Source: an uncultured virus (IMG/VR IMGVR_UViG_3300020048_000025) (Duplodnaviria > Heunggongvirae > Uroviricota > Caudoviricetes). From it: DNA of 33,869 nt. Shown here piece by piece: positions 17,719 through 26,892 of this stretch. How positions within the stretch are numbered: the first letter of the stretch is position 1; each line of letters opens with the position of its first letter. The position numbers were made by a program, and so were the translations under genes. Below the pieces are notes generated by a model. It saw only the letters and a list, made by a program, of their open reading frames with translations, did no database searches and was not told where the DNA came from. The stretch is taken from the IMG/VR virus record IMGVR_UViG_3300020048_000025. One strand, written 5' to 3'.

Positions 17719-19008
17719 ATGAGCACAAATCGTCCATCATGTATTTTGTACTCTCCAGTTTCCACTTTTAGTGGATATGGAGCGTGCGGAAGAAACATTG
17801 CAAAAGCATTAATCGAATTAAAAAAAGACGAATGGGACATTAAAATACTCCCATGCGCTTGGGGTAAAACCCCAACCAATTTCATTGATGTTAACCCAGA
17901 GTGGAAATTTTTAGAAGAATATTTCCTCCCTACACCACAAATCACATACAAACCCGATTTCTTCTTTATGCACACAATCCCAGGTGAATTTCAACCTTTA
18001 GGTGGTTATAATTTGGGAATTACTGCAGGAATTGAATCCACTATCGCTCCAGCTGATTGGGTGGAAGGTTGTCAGCGTATGGATTTAGTGTTGGGTTCAT
18101 CTAAACACACAATTGATGTGTTACGTTCAAGTAAATTCCATAAAATGGACCAGAAAACAAACCAAAACATCGGTTTAATTGAATGGACTAAACCAGGAGA
18201 CACATTATTTGAAGGTGTTGATTTAAACACATACAAAATAACAGATGTTGACCAATCCGAATTTAACTTAGACACAATACCAGAAAGTTTCTGTTATTTA
18301 TTTAATTCAATGTGGGTTGGAAACGCTCCAATCGGTGAAGATAGAAAAAACGTTGGTTTGCTACTTAAGTTATTCCTTGAACTATTCAAAAACAAGAAAA
18401 ACGCTCCAGCACTTATACTTAAAACCACTACAGTTTCAGCATCCTATACTGATCGTGAAGAGATTCTAAAACGAATCGATGCAATTAAAAAAACAGTAAA
18501 AGCAACCACACTACCAAACATCTATTTGTTGCACGGTGAATTTACAGATGATGAAATAAACAAACTGTACAACCATCCAAAAGTGAAATGTATGGTTAAT
18601 TTAACTAAAGGTGAAGGTTATGGTCGTACGTTATGTGAATTTTCATCAATCAATAAGCCAATCATCACTACTAAATGGAGTGGACAATTGGATTATTTAA
18701 AACCTGAGTTTACTGCGCTTTTAGATGGTAGTTTAACGCCTATCCATTCATCAGCAGCGAATACTATGCTCTTGAAAGAAGCGAGCTGGTTTAGCGCTGA
18801 TGTTCAGCAAGCATCAAATGTGATTTTGGATGTGTTTACAAATTACAAAAAATATGCTGAGTTAGCTAAACGCCAAGGTTACCACACTAGAAACAATTTT
18901 TCATTCGATAATATGAAAGACAAATTCAAAATAATCCTTGATGCATTCCCAACTCCAGTTAAACAAATCCAGTTGACATTACCTAAACTTAAAAAAATAG
19001 AGCAGTAA
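17719..19008 (+). CDS. Glycosyltransferase, GT-B fold (GT4-like)
   Basis: SGYGACGR, DRKNVG, LILKT, TKGEGYGRTLCEF..NKPIITTKWSGQLDY. Confidence 0.88.
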   Translation: MSTNRPSCILYSPVSTFSGYGACGRNIAKALIELKKDEWDIKILPCAWGKTPTNFIDVNPEWKFLEEYFLPTPQITYKPDFFFMHTIPGEFQPLGGYNLGITAGIESTIAPADWVEGCQRMDLVLGSSKHTIDVLRSSKFHKMDQKTNQNIGLIEWTKPGDTLFEGVDLNTYKITDVDQSEFNLDTIPESFCYLFNSMWVGNAPIGEDRKNVGLLLKLFLELFKNKKNAPALILKTTTVSASYTDREEILKRIDAIKKTVKATTLPNIYLLHGEFTDDEINKLYNHPKVKCMVNLTKGEGYGRTLCEFSSINKPIITTKWSGQLDYLKPEFTALLDGSLTPIHSSAANTMLLKEASWFSADVQQASNVILDVFTNYKKYAELAKRQGYHTRNNFSFDNMKDKFKIILDAFPTPVKQIQLTLPKLKKIEQ

Positions 19009-19355
19009 TGCGCAATACATTTGATTTTGAATTAGATGAAAAGAGGTGGTATGTAGCATTACCTGAGTGGGAAGGAGATAGGGGCGAATTGGAAATGGTT
19101 GCTGGAGCAGATGTTATGCTTGATATATTATCAAATGGTAATAAGATAGTTACACTTGGGTTATCATTAGAGCCCAACCCATGCGATATTACTTTACACT
19201 TCGACAGAGAAGATGGTGGTGGTGCGTGGTACTCGTTAGCAACCAATTCAGACAATATTGAATTTGAAAACCTCCACGAAATTTGGTTATGTCATGTAAC
19301 CAAATTCGTGTTTGGTGAACTTCCTCCCCGTATATTCATAAATAAAATAAAATAA
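19008..19355 (+). CDS. Hypothetical protein (possibly DUF6717-like)
   Basis: WYVALPEW, LEMVAGADVMLD, WLCHVTKFVFG..P..I; family name from memory, not verified. Confidence 0.6.
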   Translation: MRNTFDFELDEKRWYVALPEWEGDRGELEMVAGADVMLDILSNGNKIVTLGLSLEPNPCDITLHFDREDGGGAWYSLATNSDNIEFENLHEIWLCHVTKFVFGELPPRIFINKIK

Positions 19356-19357
19356 AC

Positions 19358-20014
19358 ATGAATAAACAATTGGTAAGAGAGCATATAAAAACATATTACG
19401 CTCATTTCTTAAATGAGCTATATGATTCCCCATTAGATTATTTTAAGGTAAGTGATTTTGAATATAAAGTTATTTTGGATGGGGATGTAATAGCTATTGT
19501 AAATTTTAGAAATCATTATGATGTTGATCGGGCTCCAATAGATCATAAAAAATATTCCCTTTCAAAATATTGGGATGTTAGTTGGAAATGGGGTGATATA
19601 TCTGATAAATTAAAAACCCCTTCAAATTTCATCAAAGTAACATCCACCTTATTTAAAATAGTATACTCATTTATATCTACCATTTCCCCAGATATAGTTT
19701 CTTTTAGTGGATTAACTGAGTCCCATGAACGAATATATTCAAATGAAACTTTTTTAGAAAGATGGAGATCGTTATTATCTGAAAAATATAATGTTTCTTG
19801 GACTAATGATAGGGTTTGGATTGTTAAGAAAAATTTATCACCTATTGATGAATATAAAGTAATTGGGTTATCTGAACATTTATCGATTTCACCTTCTGAG
19901 GCATATAAAAAAATAGTTTATCCTAAAAAAAGAGAATTAAAGGGTATAACTAAAAATGAATTAATCAAAGAACAAATTAAAAGAGTAGTACTTAAACATT
20001 TATACCTAAAATAG
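19358..20014 (+). CDS. Hypothetical protein related to 7877..8401
   Basis: 218 aa, AT-rich; KQLVREHIK at N-terminus and LIKEQIKR at C-terminus. Confidence 0.72.
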   Translation: MNKQLVREHIKTYYAHFLNELYDSPLDYFKVSDFEYKVILDGDVIAIVNFRNHYDVDRAPIDHKKYSLSKYWDVSWKWGDISDKLKTPSNFIKVTSTLFKIVYSFISTISPDIVSFSGLTESHERIYSNETFLERWRSLLSEKYNVSWTNDRVWIVKKNLSPIDEYKVIGLSEHLSISPSEAYKKIVYPKKRELKGITKNELIKEQIKRVVLKHLYLK

Positions 20015-20023
20015 AACAATAGT

Positions 20024-20485
20024 ATGCAAAACGACGAAATAATCAAATGTCCGAAAAGCTCAGGGGACCTTTGTTACAAAACAGAGGTGTCTAAAGGTAT
20101 ATACAATTACCTGTCTTTATCTTGTGGTTTCTATTCAAACACACTACTAACTGAAGGCAGTGAATTTTATGAGCAAACCATCCAAGGTTTACCTGAGTTA
20201 CACAAAGAGTTAGCATGGAAAGACCCTGAAACCGGTTTGGTATGGTTTCCAAACCTAATCAAAAATGAACTCGGTATGATTTATGCTGGTGGAACATCAG
20301 TAGACAATTGGGGATGGGCAGTAGTAAAACAAATTGAAATCCCAGAGGCAGATAGACATAACCACCCAATTCCAGGTAAATCAGGAGAGTACATGACTCA
20401 CAGACCAGACATGGCTAATGTAAAATACTATCCAGAGCGCGATTATATAGGCGCGTTGGAGGAACTTGGTATATTACCTAAATAA
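20024..20485 (+). CDS. Hypothetical protein with Cys cluster
   Basis: CPKS...CY...SCGF; 153 aa. Confidence 0.72.
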   Translation: MQNDEIIKCPKSSGDLCYKTEVSKGIYNYLSLSCGFYSNTLLTEGSEFYEQTIQGLPELHKELAWKDPETGLVWFPNLIKNELGMIYAGGTSVDNWGWAVVKQIEIPEADRHNHPIPGKSGEYMTHRPDMANVKYYPERDYIGALEELGILPK

Positions 20486-20491
20486 AATAAG

Positions 20492-20525
20492 AAAGCTTGG
20501 CATAGCCAGGCTTTTTTCGTATATT
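20492..20525 (+). promoter_or_regulatory. Hairpin plus promoter module, copy 4
   Basis: AAAGCTTGGC-ATA-GCCAGGCTTTTTTCGTATATT. Confidence 0.78.
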
Positions 20526-20543
20526 TAACCAAAACAAAAACAT

Positions 20544-21185
20544 ATGAGCCCATCAATTACATTTTCCCTTACAGTGTGTAATGAATTTATTGAAGTTCAG
20601 CGTTTGGTGCAATTTTTGCTTCAGCACAAACGTCCACAAGACAATATTGTCATTTTATACGATGAAGCAAATGGTGATCCCGAGGTGGAGAATTTTCTCC
20701 GTACCCATTCAATTAATGGTGAGTTTACATGGCATAAAGGCCAATTTAACCGCGACTTCGCTTCGTGGAAAAACAAACTCATCCATTTGTGTAACAAAGA
20801 TTTTATATGCAATTTAGACGCAGATGAATTACCCCACGAGAACTTAATGAAGTCTCTACCAGCTGTCTTGGAATTAAACCCATCAATCGATGCTTATTGG
20901 GTGCCTCGAATCAATACCCTATCCGGTGACGAAAACGAGGTAGACCAATATGTAAATCAAATGGGGTGGAACATGAATGAACATGGTCATGTAAATTTTC
21001 CTGACCCTCAACTACGCATTTTCAGACGCGACCCAAACATCAGATGGGAAGGTGTAGTACACGAAACAATTAAAGGATATAAAACAATATCCAGGTTACC
21101 ATTTGAAGAAGAATGGAGTTTATATCATCCGAAAACATTAAAAAGACAAATCTTCCAAAACAATTTATATGCAGGAATTAATTGA
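20544..21185 (+). CDS. Glycosyltransferase family 2
   Basis: TVCNE, DFASWKN, DxD motif NLDADE, PRIN, FPDPQLRIF, WEGVVHE. Confidence 0.87.
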   Translation: MSPSITFSLTVCNEFIEVQRLVQFLLQHKRPQDNIVILYDEANGDPEVENFLRTHSINGEFTWHKGQFNRDFASWKNKLIHLCNKDFICNLDADELPHENLMKSLPAVLELNPSIDAYWVPRINTLSGDENEVDQYVNQMGWNMNEHGHVNFPDPQLRIFRRDPNIRWEGVVHETIKGYKTISRLPFEEEWSLYHPKTLKRQIFQNNLYAGIN

Positions 21186-21519
21186 AATTAAACCATGGGG
21201 TAAATTTGAAATTTTATCCGAAGGTGAAAACTATAAAGTGAAAAAAATCACTGTGTCCCCTGGACAACGTTTATCTTACCAATCACACAAGAAAAGAACA
21301 GAAAACTGGACTATCGTTGAAGGGAATGGTATATTCACTCTAAACGACAAAGAATTTAAAATAGGAAAAGGAAACATCACCATCATCCACCCAGGAGAAA
21401 AACATCGAATTGAAAACACAGCAAAAATTAAAGATCTAGTGTTTATTGAAGTGCAGTATGGTAAATATACTGGTGAAGATGATATAACTAGATTCGAAGA
21501 TGATTACGATAGAAAATAA
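21169..21519 (+). CDS. Cupin, mannose-6-phosphate isomerase type II C-terminal-like
   Basis: KPWG.F, KVKKITVSPGQRLSYQSH..RTENW, HRIEN, FIEVQYG.Y.GEDDI.R.EDDY. Confidence 0.9.
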   Translation: MQELIEIKPWGKFEILSEGENYKVKKITVSPGQRLSYQSHKKRTENWTIVEGNGIFTLNDKEFKIGKGNITIIHPGEKHRIENTAKIKDLVFIEVQYGKYTGEDDITRFEDDYDRK

Positions 21520-22363
21520 ATCTCCACTCACATTCTGTATTTCAACATACAATAATCTAGAGTATCTTAAATTAGCTGTTCATTCCGTTAGGAAGAACAG
21601 CTTTTTTAGCGATGCACCATTCATCATTCATGCTGAAAATTGCAATGATGGTACAGATGAATGGTTAGAGCAAAACGCTGAGCAATATAATCTAACATAT
21701 TTCGTTGATAAAAACGAAGTACCTGTTGGTATAGGCGGGGGAATGAATTTTTGCGCGGACCGTGTTGAAACAGAATATATCATGTTTTTACACTCAGATT
21801 TTTACGTTGGCAAACATTGGGACAAATCATTGCTAGATGTAATCGAACGTTACCCAAATGAAAAGTTATGGGTATCATCCCATAGAATAGAGCCAAATAT
21901 GTTTAATAACCCATCATCTAGGCCAGGAACTCATATTATAGACAAAGATATTTTAGGAGCATATCATCATGATTTCAGAGCGGATATATTTGAAGAATTC
22001 GCCATTGAATTCATGCAATCCAACCACACATACGAAATACCTAAAGGTGAAGGTGTATCAGGTTTAATCCATAAAAGTGATTGGGATGAAATTGGAGGAA
22101 ACGACCCAATATTTGCCCCAGCAAGCTGGGACGATATGGATTTGTTTTTAAGAATGTTAAACAATGGATTTAAATTCATATTAACCGGTTCATCATTGGT
22201 ATGGCATTTTGGTGCTCGAGGTTCACATAGGCTTGAAATGTTTGAGGGTAAAAGTGATCCAAGACAAATCGAAGCAGAGCAAAAGAATGTTCAAAAATGG
22301 TTGTCTAAGTGGGGGAGTTTTCCTATATTCAATGAAGTTGGAATGATTAACGGATTAAAATAG
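21500..22363 (+). CDS. Glycosyltransferase family 2
   Basis: ISTYNN, DGTDEW, FLHSD, IGGNDP.FAP..WDD.D, VWHF. Confidence 0.85.
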   Translation: MITIENKSPLTFCISTYNNLEYLKLAVHSVRKNSFFSDAPFIIHAENCNDGTDEWLEQNAEQYNLTYFVDKNEVPVGIGGGMNFCADRVETEYIMFLHSDFYVGKHWDKSLLDVIERYPNEKLWVSSHRIEPNMFNNPSSRPGTHIIDKDILGAYHHDFRADIFEEFAIEFMQSNHTYEIPKGEGVSGLIHKSDWDEIGGNDPIFAPASWDDMDLFLRMLNNGFKFILTGSSLVWHFGARGSHRLEMFEGKSDPRQIEAEQKNVQKWLSKWGSFPIFNEVGMINGLK

Positions 22364-22367
22364 TAAA

Positions 22368-23150
22368 ATGCATAAAATAGTTTTATATTGCAAGTCATAT
22401 AGAAATGATTTAGATAGAGTAGTAGTATTACGTGATAGTATTACCAAACATAACCTAGACAATATCCCATTCTATATTTCAGTCCCATACCATGATGTAA
22501 AACTATTTGAAGATACATTAAAAGATGGTTTTATTAAAATAATCCCTGATAATGAAATCGATTCAAATTGTGAAGGTTGGATTGGCCAGCAAGTAGTGAA
22601 ATCCCAATTTTGGAAATTAGGACTATGTGAAAATTATGTATGTCTAGATTCAGACAGTGAATTTATTCGTGATTTCTATATTAGTGATTTCATGTTTGAT
22701 AATGAAACACCATATACAATATGCCATGAACATAGAGAATTATTTGAATGGGCTGACAGAAGTAATTTAGGTTTTGACCCCTATCAAAGCTATTTAAGAG
22801 ACAGACATACAATCAAAAACCTATTTAGAAACACAACCCAGGTAACCCATGACTTTGGCCCATCACCCGTAATATGGTCCAGAAAAGTATGGGAATCATT
22901 AGAAGAAAATTATATTAAACCAAGTGGTCTTACATTTTCACATTTAATTCAACACATTGGGTCTGAATTTACATGGTATGGTGAATGGTTGTTACGCTCT
23001 AAAGTTATACCATTGATTCCTCGTGGCCCATTATTTAAAGTTTACCATTATCAACAACAATGGGTAGAAGATAAAATGAATGATATTAGTTTAGACCAAC
23101 TACAAAAATATTATATGGGAATCATCCTCCAATCCAATTGGAAACATTAA
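22368..23150 (+). CDS. Putative GT-A-fold nucleotide-sugar transferase (DUF6492-like)
   Basis: KSY..D, GWIGQQVVK, DxD motif LDSDSEF, SEFTWYG. Confidence 0.6.
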   Translation: MHKIVLYCKSYRNDLDRVVVLRDSITKHNLDNIPFYISVPYHDVKLFEDTLKDGFIKIIPDNEIDSNCEGWIGQQVVKSQFWKLGLCENYVCLDSDSEFIRDFYISDFMFDNETPYTICHEHRELFEWADRSNLGFDPYQSYLRDRHTIKNLFRNTTQVTHDFGPSPVIWSRKVWESLEENYIKPSGLTFSHLIQHIGSEFTWYGEWLLRSKVIPLIPRGPLFKVYHYQQQWVEDKMNDISLDQLQKYYMGIILQSNWKH

Positions 23151-23171
23151 TTAAAATTTAAAAATAAATAT

Positions 23172-23822
23172 ATGTTTAAAACAATTTGTGAAAATTATTC
23201 ACTAGTACACAACCCAGTAACCATAACTAATGATAATAGTATATCATTTGATGGCTCCCAAATCCAATCCGAATTCTTTCCAGCTTTAGAAGAAATTTTA
23301 AATTACTTTAAAACTAGAGCGGATAATGGCATTAAAAATGATAAAATTACATTTTTAGAAGTAGGTGCATGGAAAGGATTGTGGGGTATGGCTTTTACTG
23401 AAATATGTAATCAGTTAGGGGTGAAAGGTAGATATGTTACTTTAACTATGATTGATCAAGATCCAAATAATCAACCATTATATAAAACGATTGATTGGAT
23501 TAATCAACAACCACATATGACCGCGGAATTAATTGATTCAGATACAATGGCTTCGAATGCTTTAGATTTAGTATTGGAAAAGGGAAAATCGTTTGATGTT
23601 GTGTTTATAGATGCTGGTCATAAGTATCATGAAGTAATGAATGATATTGAAAAGTTTGCACCATTAGCAACTAATATATTATTATTCCACGACATCAAAC
23701 CAATCAACACAACAGTAAATTGTGGTGTATATGAAGCAATATGTAATTCAGATATCGAATTAGATAAAGAAATTTCAGTATTAAACGACCAAATGGGAAT
23801 TGGTATTAAATTCATCAAATAA
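23172..23822 (+). CDS. Class I SAM-dependent methyltransferase (Methyltransf_24-like)
   Basis: FLEVGAWKG, FDVVFIDAGHKY..V..D, LLFHD. Confidence 0.85.
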   Translation: MFKTICENYSLVHNPVTITNDNSISFDGSQIQSEFFPALEEILNYFKTRADNGIKNDKITFLEVGAWKGLWGMAFTEICNQLGVKGRYVTLTMIDQDPNNQPLYKTIDWINQQPHMTAELIDSDTMASNALDLVLEKGKSFDVVFIDAGHKYHEVMNDIEKFAPLATNILLFHDIKPINTTVNCGVYEAICNSDIELDKEISVLNDQMGIGIKFIK

Positions 23823-24544
23823 TGTTAGTAGCAACTTTAAATCATAATTTACCAGATCTCACAGATAATTTGGTAAACCAATTAAAACGAGATCCATATT
23901 TTGAAAAATGTGAATTAGTAGTAGTAGATAATGGTTCGAAAGAATCTCTAGCTAAATCAACAACTCACCGTTTAGAAGAAAATGTTTTCTTTGGAGGTGG
24001 GTTTAATGTTGTTTTAGAATATTTTCTATCTACAAATCATGAATATTTATATTTTTTAAACAATGATTTAATATTCCATGGCCCTTCATTCTTAACTACT
24101 TCCATAAATGAAGCGAAATCTTCCGACGCTACAGTATATTCACCATCCGTAATCAATGCATCTGTAGAACAATGTCATTGGAAACAAATGTGGAACTGGG
24201 GTAAAGGATTAAGAAATGTGGATTGGGTTGATTTTCAATGCCCTTTAATTCATCGTAGAGCACTAGAACAAATCAAACACTACCCAGATGAATTAATTTA
24301 TGGATGGGGATTGGATTTCTATACAGGATGTATCACTAAACAAAACAATTGGAATACAGTAGTATCTGATACCAACACAATATGCCATTTAAATTCACAA
24401 ACCTTCAAACAAAACAAAATTGATATTGGAGTAAGTGAATTTTGTCAGCAAGCAGATTCAAAAATGAATAATTTCTTTTTGAACTCAGAATTTAAAGACG
24501 TATATTTCGAATTAAGAAAACACGGAGAAAACTATAGCATATGA
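23822..24544 (+). CDS. Glycosyltransferase family 2-like
   Basis: LNHN, VVVDNGS, FGGGFN, YFLNND, GWGLD. Confidence 0.8.
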   Translation: MLVATLNHNLPDLTDNLVNQLKRDPYFEKCELVVVDNGSKESLAKSTTHRLEENVFFGGGFNVVLEYFLSTNHEYLYFLNNDLIFHGPSFLTTSINEAKSSDATVYSPSVINASVEQCHWKQMWNWGKGLRNVDWVDFQCPLIHRRALEQIKHYPDELIYGWGLDFYTGCITKQNNWNTVVSDTNTICHLNSQTFKQNKIDIGVSEFCQQADSKMNNFFLNSEFKDVYFELRKHGENYSI

Positions 24545-25704
24545 CACTGATTAGTATAATCTTACCAAGTTACAATAACCTTCAGCATATCAAAAATGCA
24601 TATGCTAGTATAAAAAAACATGCCCCTGGAGTTGAAGTTGTCTTATTAGATGATGGGTCAACAGATGGAACATGGGAGTGGATGCAGGAACAAGAAGGTT
24701 GCATCCTATATCGAAGTGAAGAACGAGTAGGTCATACTATACTATATGATAAGGGAATTGAATTAGCTACAAATGATATTGTTGGAATAATTCATGCTGA
24801 TATGATCCTAGGTCCTAATTATGTTGAAAATGTAACCAAACATCTAAAACCAGGAACCGTAGTGTGCGGAACTAGAATTGAACCACCATTACACCCAGAA
24901 GGTAAGGAAAAAATCATTCGTGATTTTGGAATGGATTTTGATACATTAGATATTGATGCGTTCGAAAAATTTGTTATTGAATCTCAAGTTGAATTCAAAG
25001 ATCAAACTACAAGAGGAATGTTTGCTCCATGGTTCATATACAAATCCGATTTCCAAAACATAGGTGGGCATGATCCTGTATTTGCCCCATTTCCATATGA
25101 GGATTCAGACATATTCCAGAGATGGATGTTAGCAGGATATGATCTTATTCAATCAAGAGATGCATTTGTTTATCATTTAACATGTCGAGGTCATAGATGG
25201 AACGATAAAGTAGGTACTGATGATGATTATTTTAAAATCGTATCTAAACGAGCACAACGTAATTATTTACGTAAATGGAAATCTTGGATCAAAAATGATG
25301 CATATCAATACCCAATAATTTCTCCCGTATACAATATAGCATACGTTGTGAAAAACTGCAATTTAACGTTGCTAGAAGCGCTTGAACCATGGTGTGACAG
25401 GATCTATATTGGAGACGAAACACAAGCGTTATACTCGCAGTATCTTGATAAGGAACAACAGAATACATCATTTGATTTATCCAAAAGAGTATTTAATTTA
25501 ACAAGCAATGATCCTCTAAGTGAAAACGACATTATCATTGAATTTGATGCTATTAAATTAAACCAACAAAGCTTTTATACATTGCAACAAATGCCCGAAA
25601 TAATTAAACAAAGTAGTGAAGTAGGTGATTTTGAATTAGACATATTTAAAATACACATATTTAGCTTAACCGAGTACCAAAACGATTTAATCCACGTAAA
25701 ATGA
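24541..25704 (+). CDS. Glycosyltransferase family 2 with extra C-terminal domain
   Basis: IILPSYNN, LLDDGSTDGT, IHADM, IGGHD..FAP..EDSD, VYH. Confidence 0.88.
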   Translation: MTLISIILPSYNNLQHIKNAYASIKKHAPGVEVVLLDDGSTDGTWEWMQEQEGCILYRSEERVGHTILYDKGIELATNDIVGIIHADMILGPNYVENVTKHLKPGTVVCGTRIEPPLHPEGKEKIIRDFGMDFDTLDIDAFEKFVIESQVEFKDQTTRGMFAPWFIYKSDFQNIGGHDPVFAPFPYEDSDIFQRWMLAGYDLIQSRDAFVYHLTCRGHRWNDKVGTDDDYFKIVSKRAQRNYLRKWKSWIKNDAYQYPIISPVYNIAYVVKNCNLTLLEALEPWCDRIYIGDETQALYSQYLDKEQQNTSFDLSKRVFNLTSNDPLSENDIIIEFDAIKLNQQSFYTLQQMPEIIKQSSEVGDFELDIFKIHIFSLTEYQNDLIHVK

Positions 25705-26045
25705 ACCCAAAACTACTACTAGGAATAGCATTCTTTACCCTAGCCGCCACCATTACATGGTTCCAGTTAAACGGTCAATTCATGTGGAAATCATTTAAAG
25801 AAAATATATTTCTAGTTACTTTACTTGGAATCCCAATATCTTATTGTTATATTTGGGCAACTAAGTATACAGTTGAATCTATGAATGGTGTTTTATGGCC
25901 ATCTAGATTCATTGGTTTTGGAATAGGTATTGTTGTATATGCTGTGCTAGTAGGTATATTTTTCAATGAATGTATTACCGTTAAGACAGCAATATCGCTT
26001 GCACTATCAGTGCTACTAATTTTAATACAAATATTATACAAATAA
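25701..26045 (+). CDS. Small membrane protein with about 4 TM helices (SMR/DMT-like topology)
   Basis: Four hydrophobic segments in 114 aa. Confidence 0.65.
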   Translation: MNPKLLLGIAFFTLAATITWFQLNGQFMWKSFKENIFLVTLLGIPISYCYIWATKYTVESMNGVLWPSRFIGFGIGIVVYAVLVGIFFNECITVKTAISLALSVLLILIQILYK

Positions 26046-26058
26046 AAACCCACATCAT

Positions 26059-26244
26059 ATGAAAACGTACATTTACTTCAGTGTCCATGACACAACAAAA
26101 GAACCAATAAATAAAATCAAAGCAGAAGATTTAAATGAAGCAATTGAAAAATTTGCTGCAATGAAAAAATTGGATTTAGATGAATTTTTATCCATGTTTA
26201 ATGTAAAAGTATATGGAACAAAGACAAACCAAACACCTGTCTGA
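26059..26244 (+). CDS. Hypothetical protein
   Basis: 61 aa, packed in the operon. Confidence 0.6.
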   Translation: MKTYIYFSVHDTTKEPINKIKAEDLNEAIEKFAAMKKLDLDEFLSMFNVKVYGTKTNQTPV

Positions 26245-26593
26245 ACTAATTGGAAAGGGAGTGGAAATAAAAGAAAAAGCACTCCCACCAAAAAAACAGG
26301 AAGAACAATTTTTCTTCCATTTAATCGATGCTCTACTTAGAATAGAGGCATCCTCCAATTTTGCATTTGATTTAGGTATAGATTTGACCATGTACGACAG
26401 TACCTACATGGAGGTCATTGAAAATTTATTATTTATTAATTTTGGAGATTTTAAAACAACAGTAATCCTGTGGTGGGTGTTTGATAGGATTACCCCAGAT
26501 GGAGAAGAGTGCAGTTTAATGGATGAAAATGAAGTAGAACATCATATCAGAACACCAAAACAATTATATAAATTTTTAAAAAAATATGAATGA
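26213..26593 (+). CDS. Hypothetical protein
   Basis: 126 aa; loosely similar to 31247..31552 (GxDx...I.W+++...T/D.++LYK++). Confidence 0.65.
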   Translation: MEQRQTKHLSELIGKGVEIKEKALPPKKQEEQFFFHLIDALLRIEASSNFAFDLGIDLTMYDSTYMEVIENLLFINFGDFKTTVILWWVFDRITPDGEECSLMDENEVEHHIRTPKQLYKFLKKYE

Positions 26594-26840
26594 ATCAATA
26601 CCTTGCATCCACTGCAAAGAAGCAATCAACCCACTTAGACTAAAAGCATTACCTGGAACTAAAACATGTGTTAGTTGTTCCACAACCGGAGCAAAACGTG
26701 GTGTCACCACCATGTTTGGGAACAAAGATCATACTTGGACCGATGTCATATTCATGGACCCAGATATATATGAAAAATATGAAAAAATCAGCAAAAAACA
26801 TTTAGACTTAATTGGTAGAAAAGAAGAAAATGAACAATAA
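26586..26840 (+). CDS. TraR/DksA-type C4 zinc-finger protein
   Basis: CIHCKEAINPLRLKALPGTKTCVSC. Confidence 0.8.
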   Translation: MNESIPCIHCKEAINPLRLKALPGTKTCVSCSTTGAKRGVTTMFGNKDHTWTDVIFMDPDIYEKYEKISKKHLDLIGRKEENEQ

Positions 26841-26871
26841 GCTTGGTTTTACCAAGCTTTTTTTGTATATT
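26839..26871 (+). promoter_or_regulatory. Hairpin plus promoter module, copy 5 (variant with compensatory changes)
   Basis: AAGCTTGGT-TTT-ACCAAGCTT, then T-tract and GTATATT; TTG-N20-TATATT spacing kept. Confidence 0.75.
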
Positions 26872-26892
26872 TAAATAAAATGAGATAAAATT

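Noticed and set aside
2389..26871. Hairpin repeats as CRISPR repeats, REP elements or N4-type template-strand hairpin promoters
   Set aside because: Copies are kilobases apart, all in one orientation and fused to a promoter motif. The wobble pair becomes a C-A mismatch on the template strand, favouring a + strand RNA hairpin.
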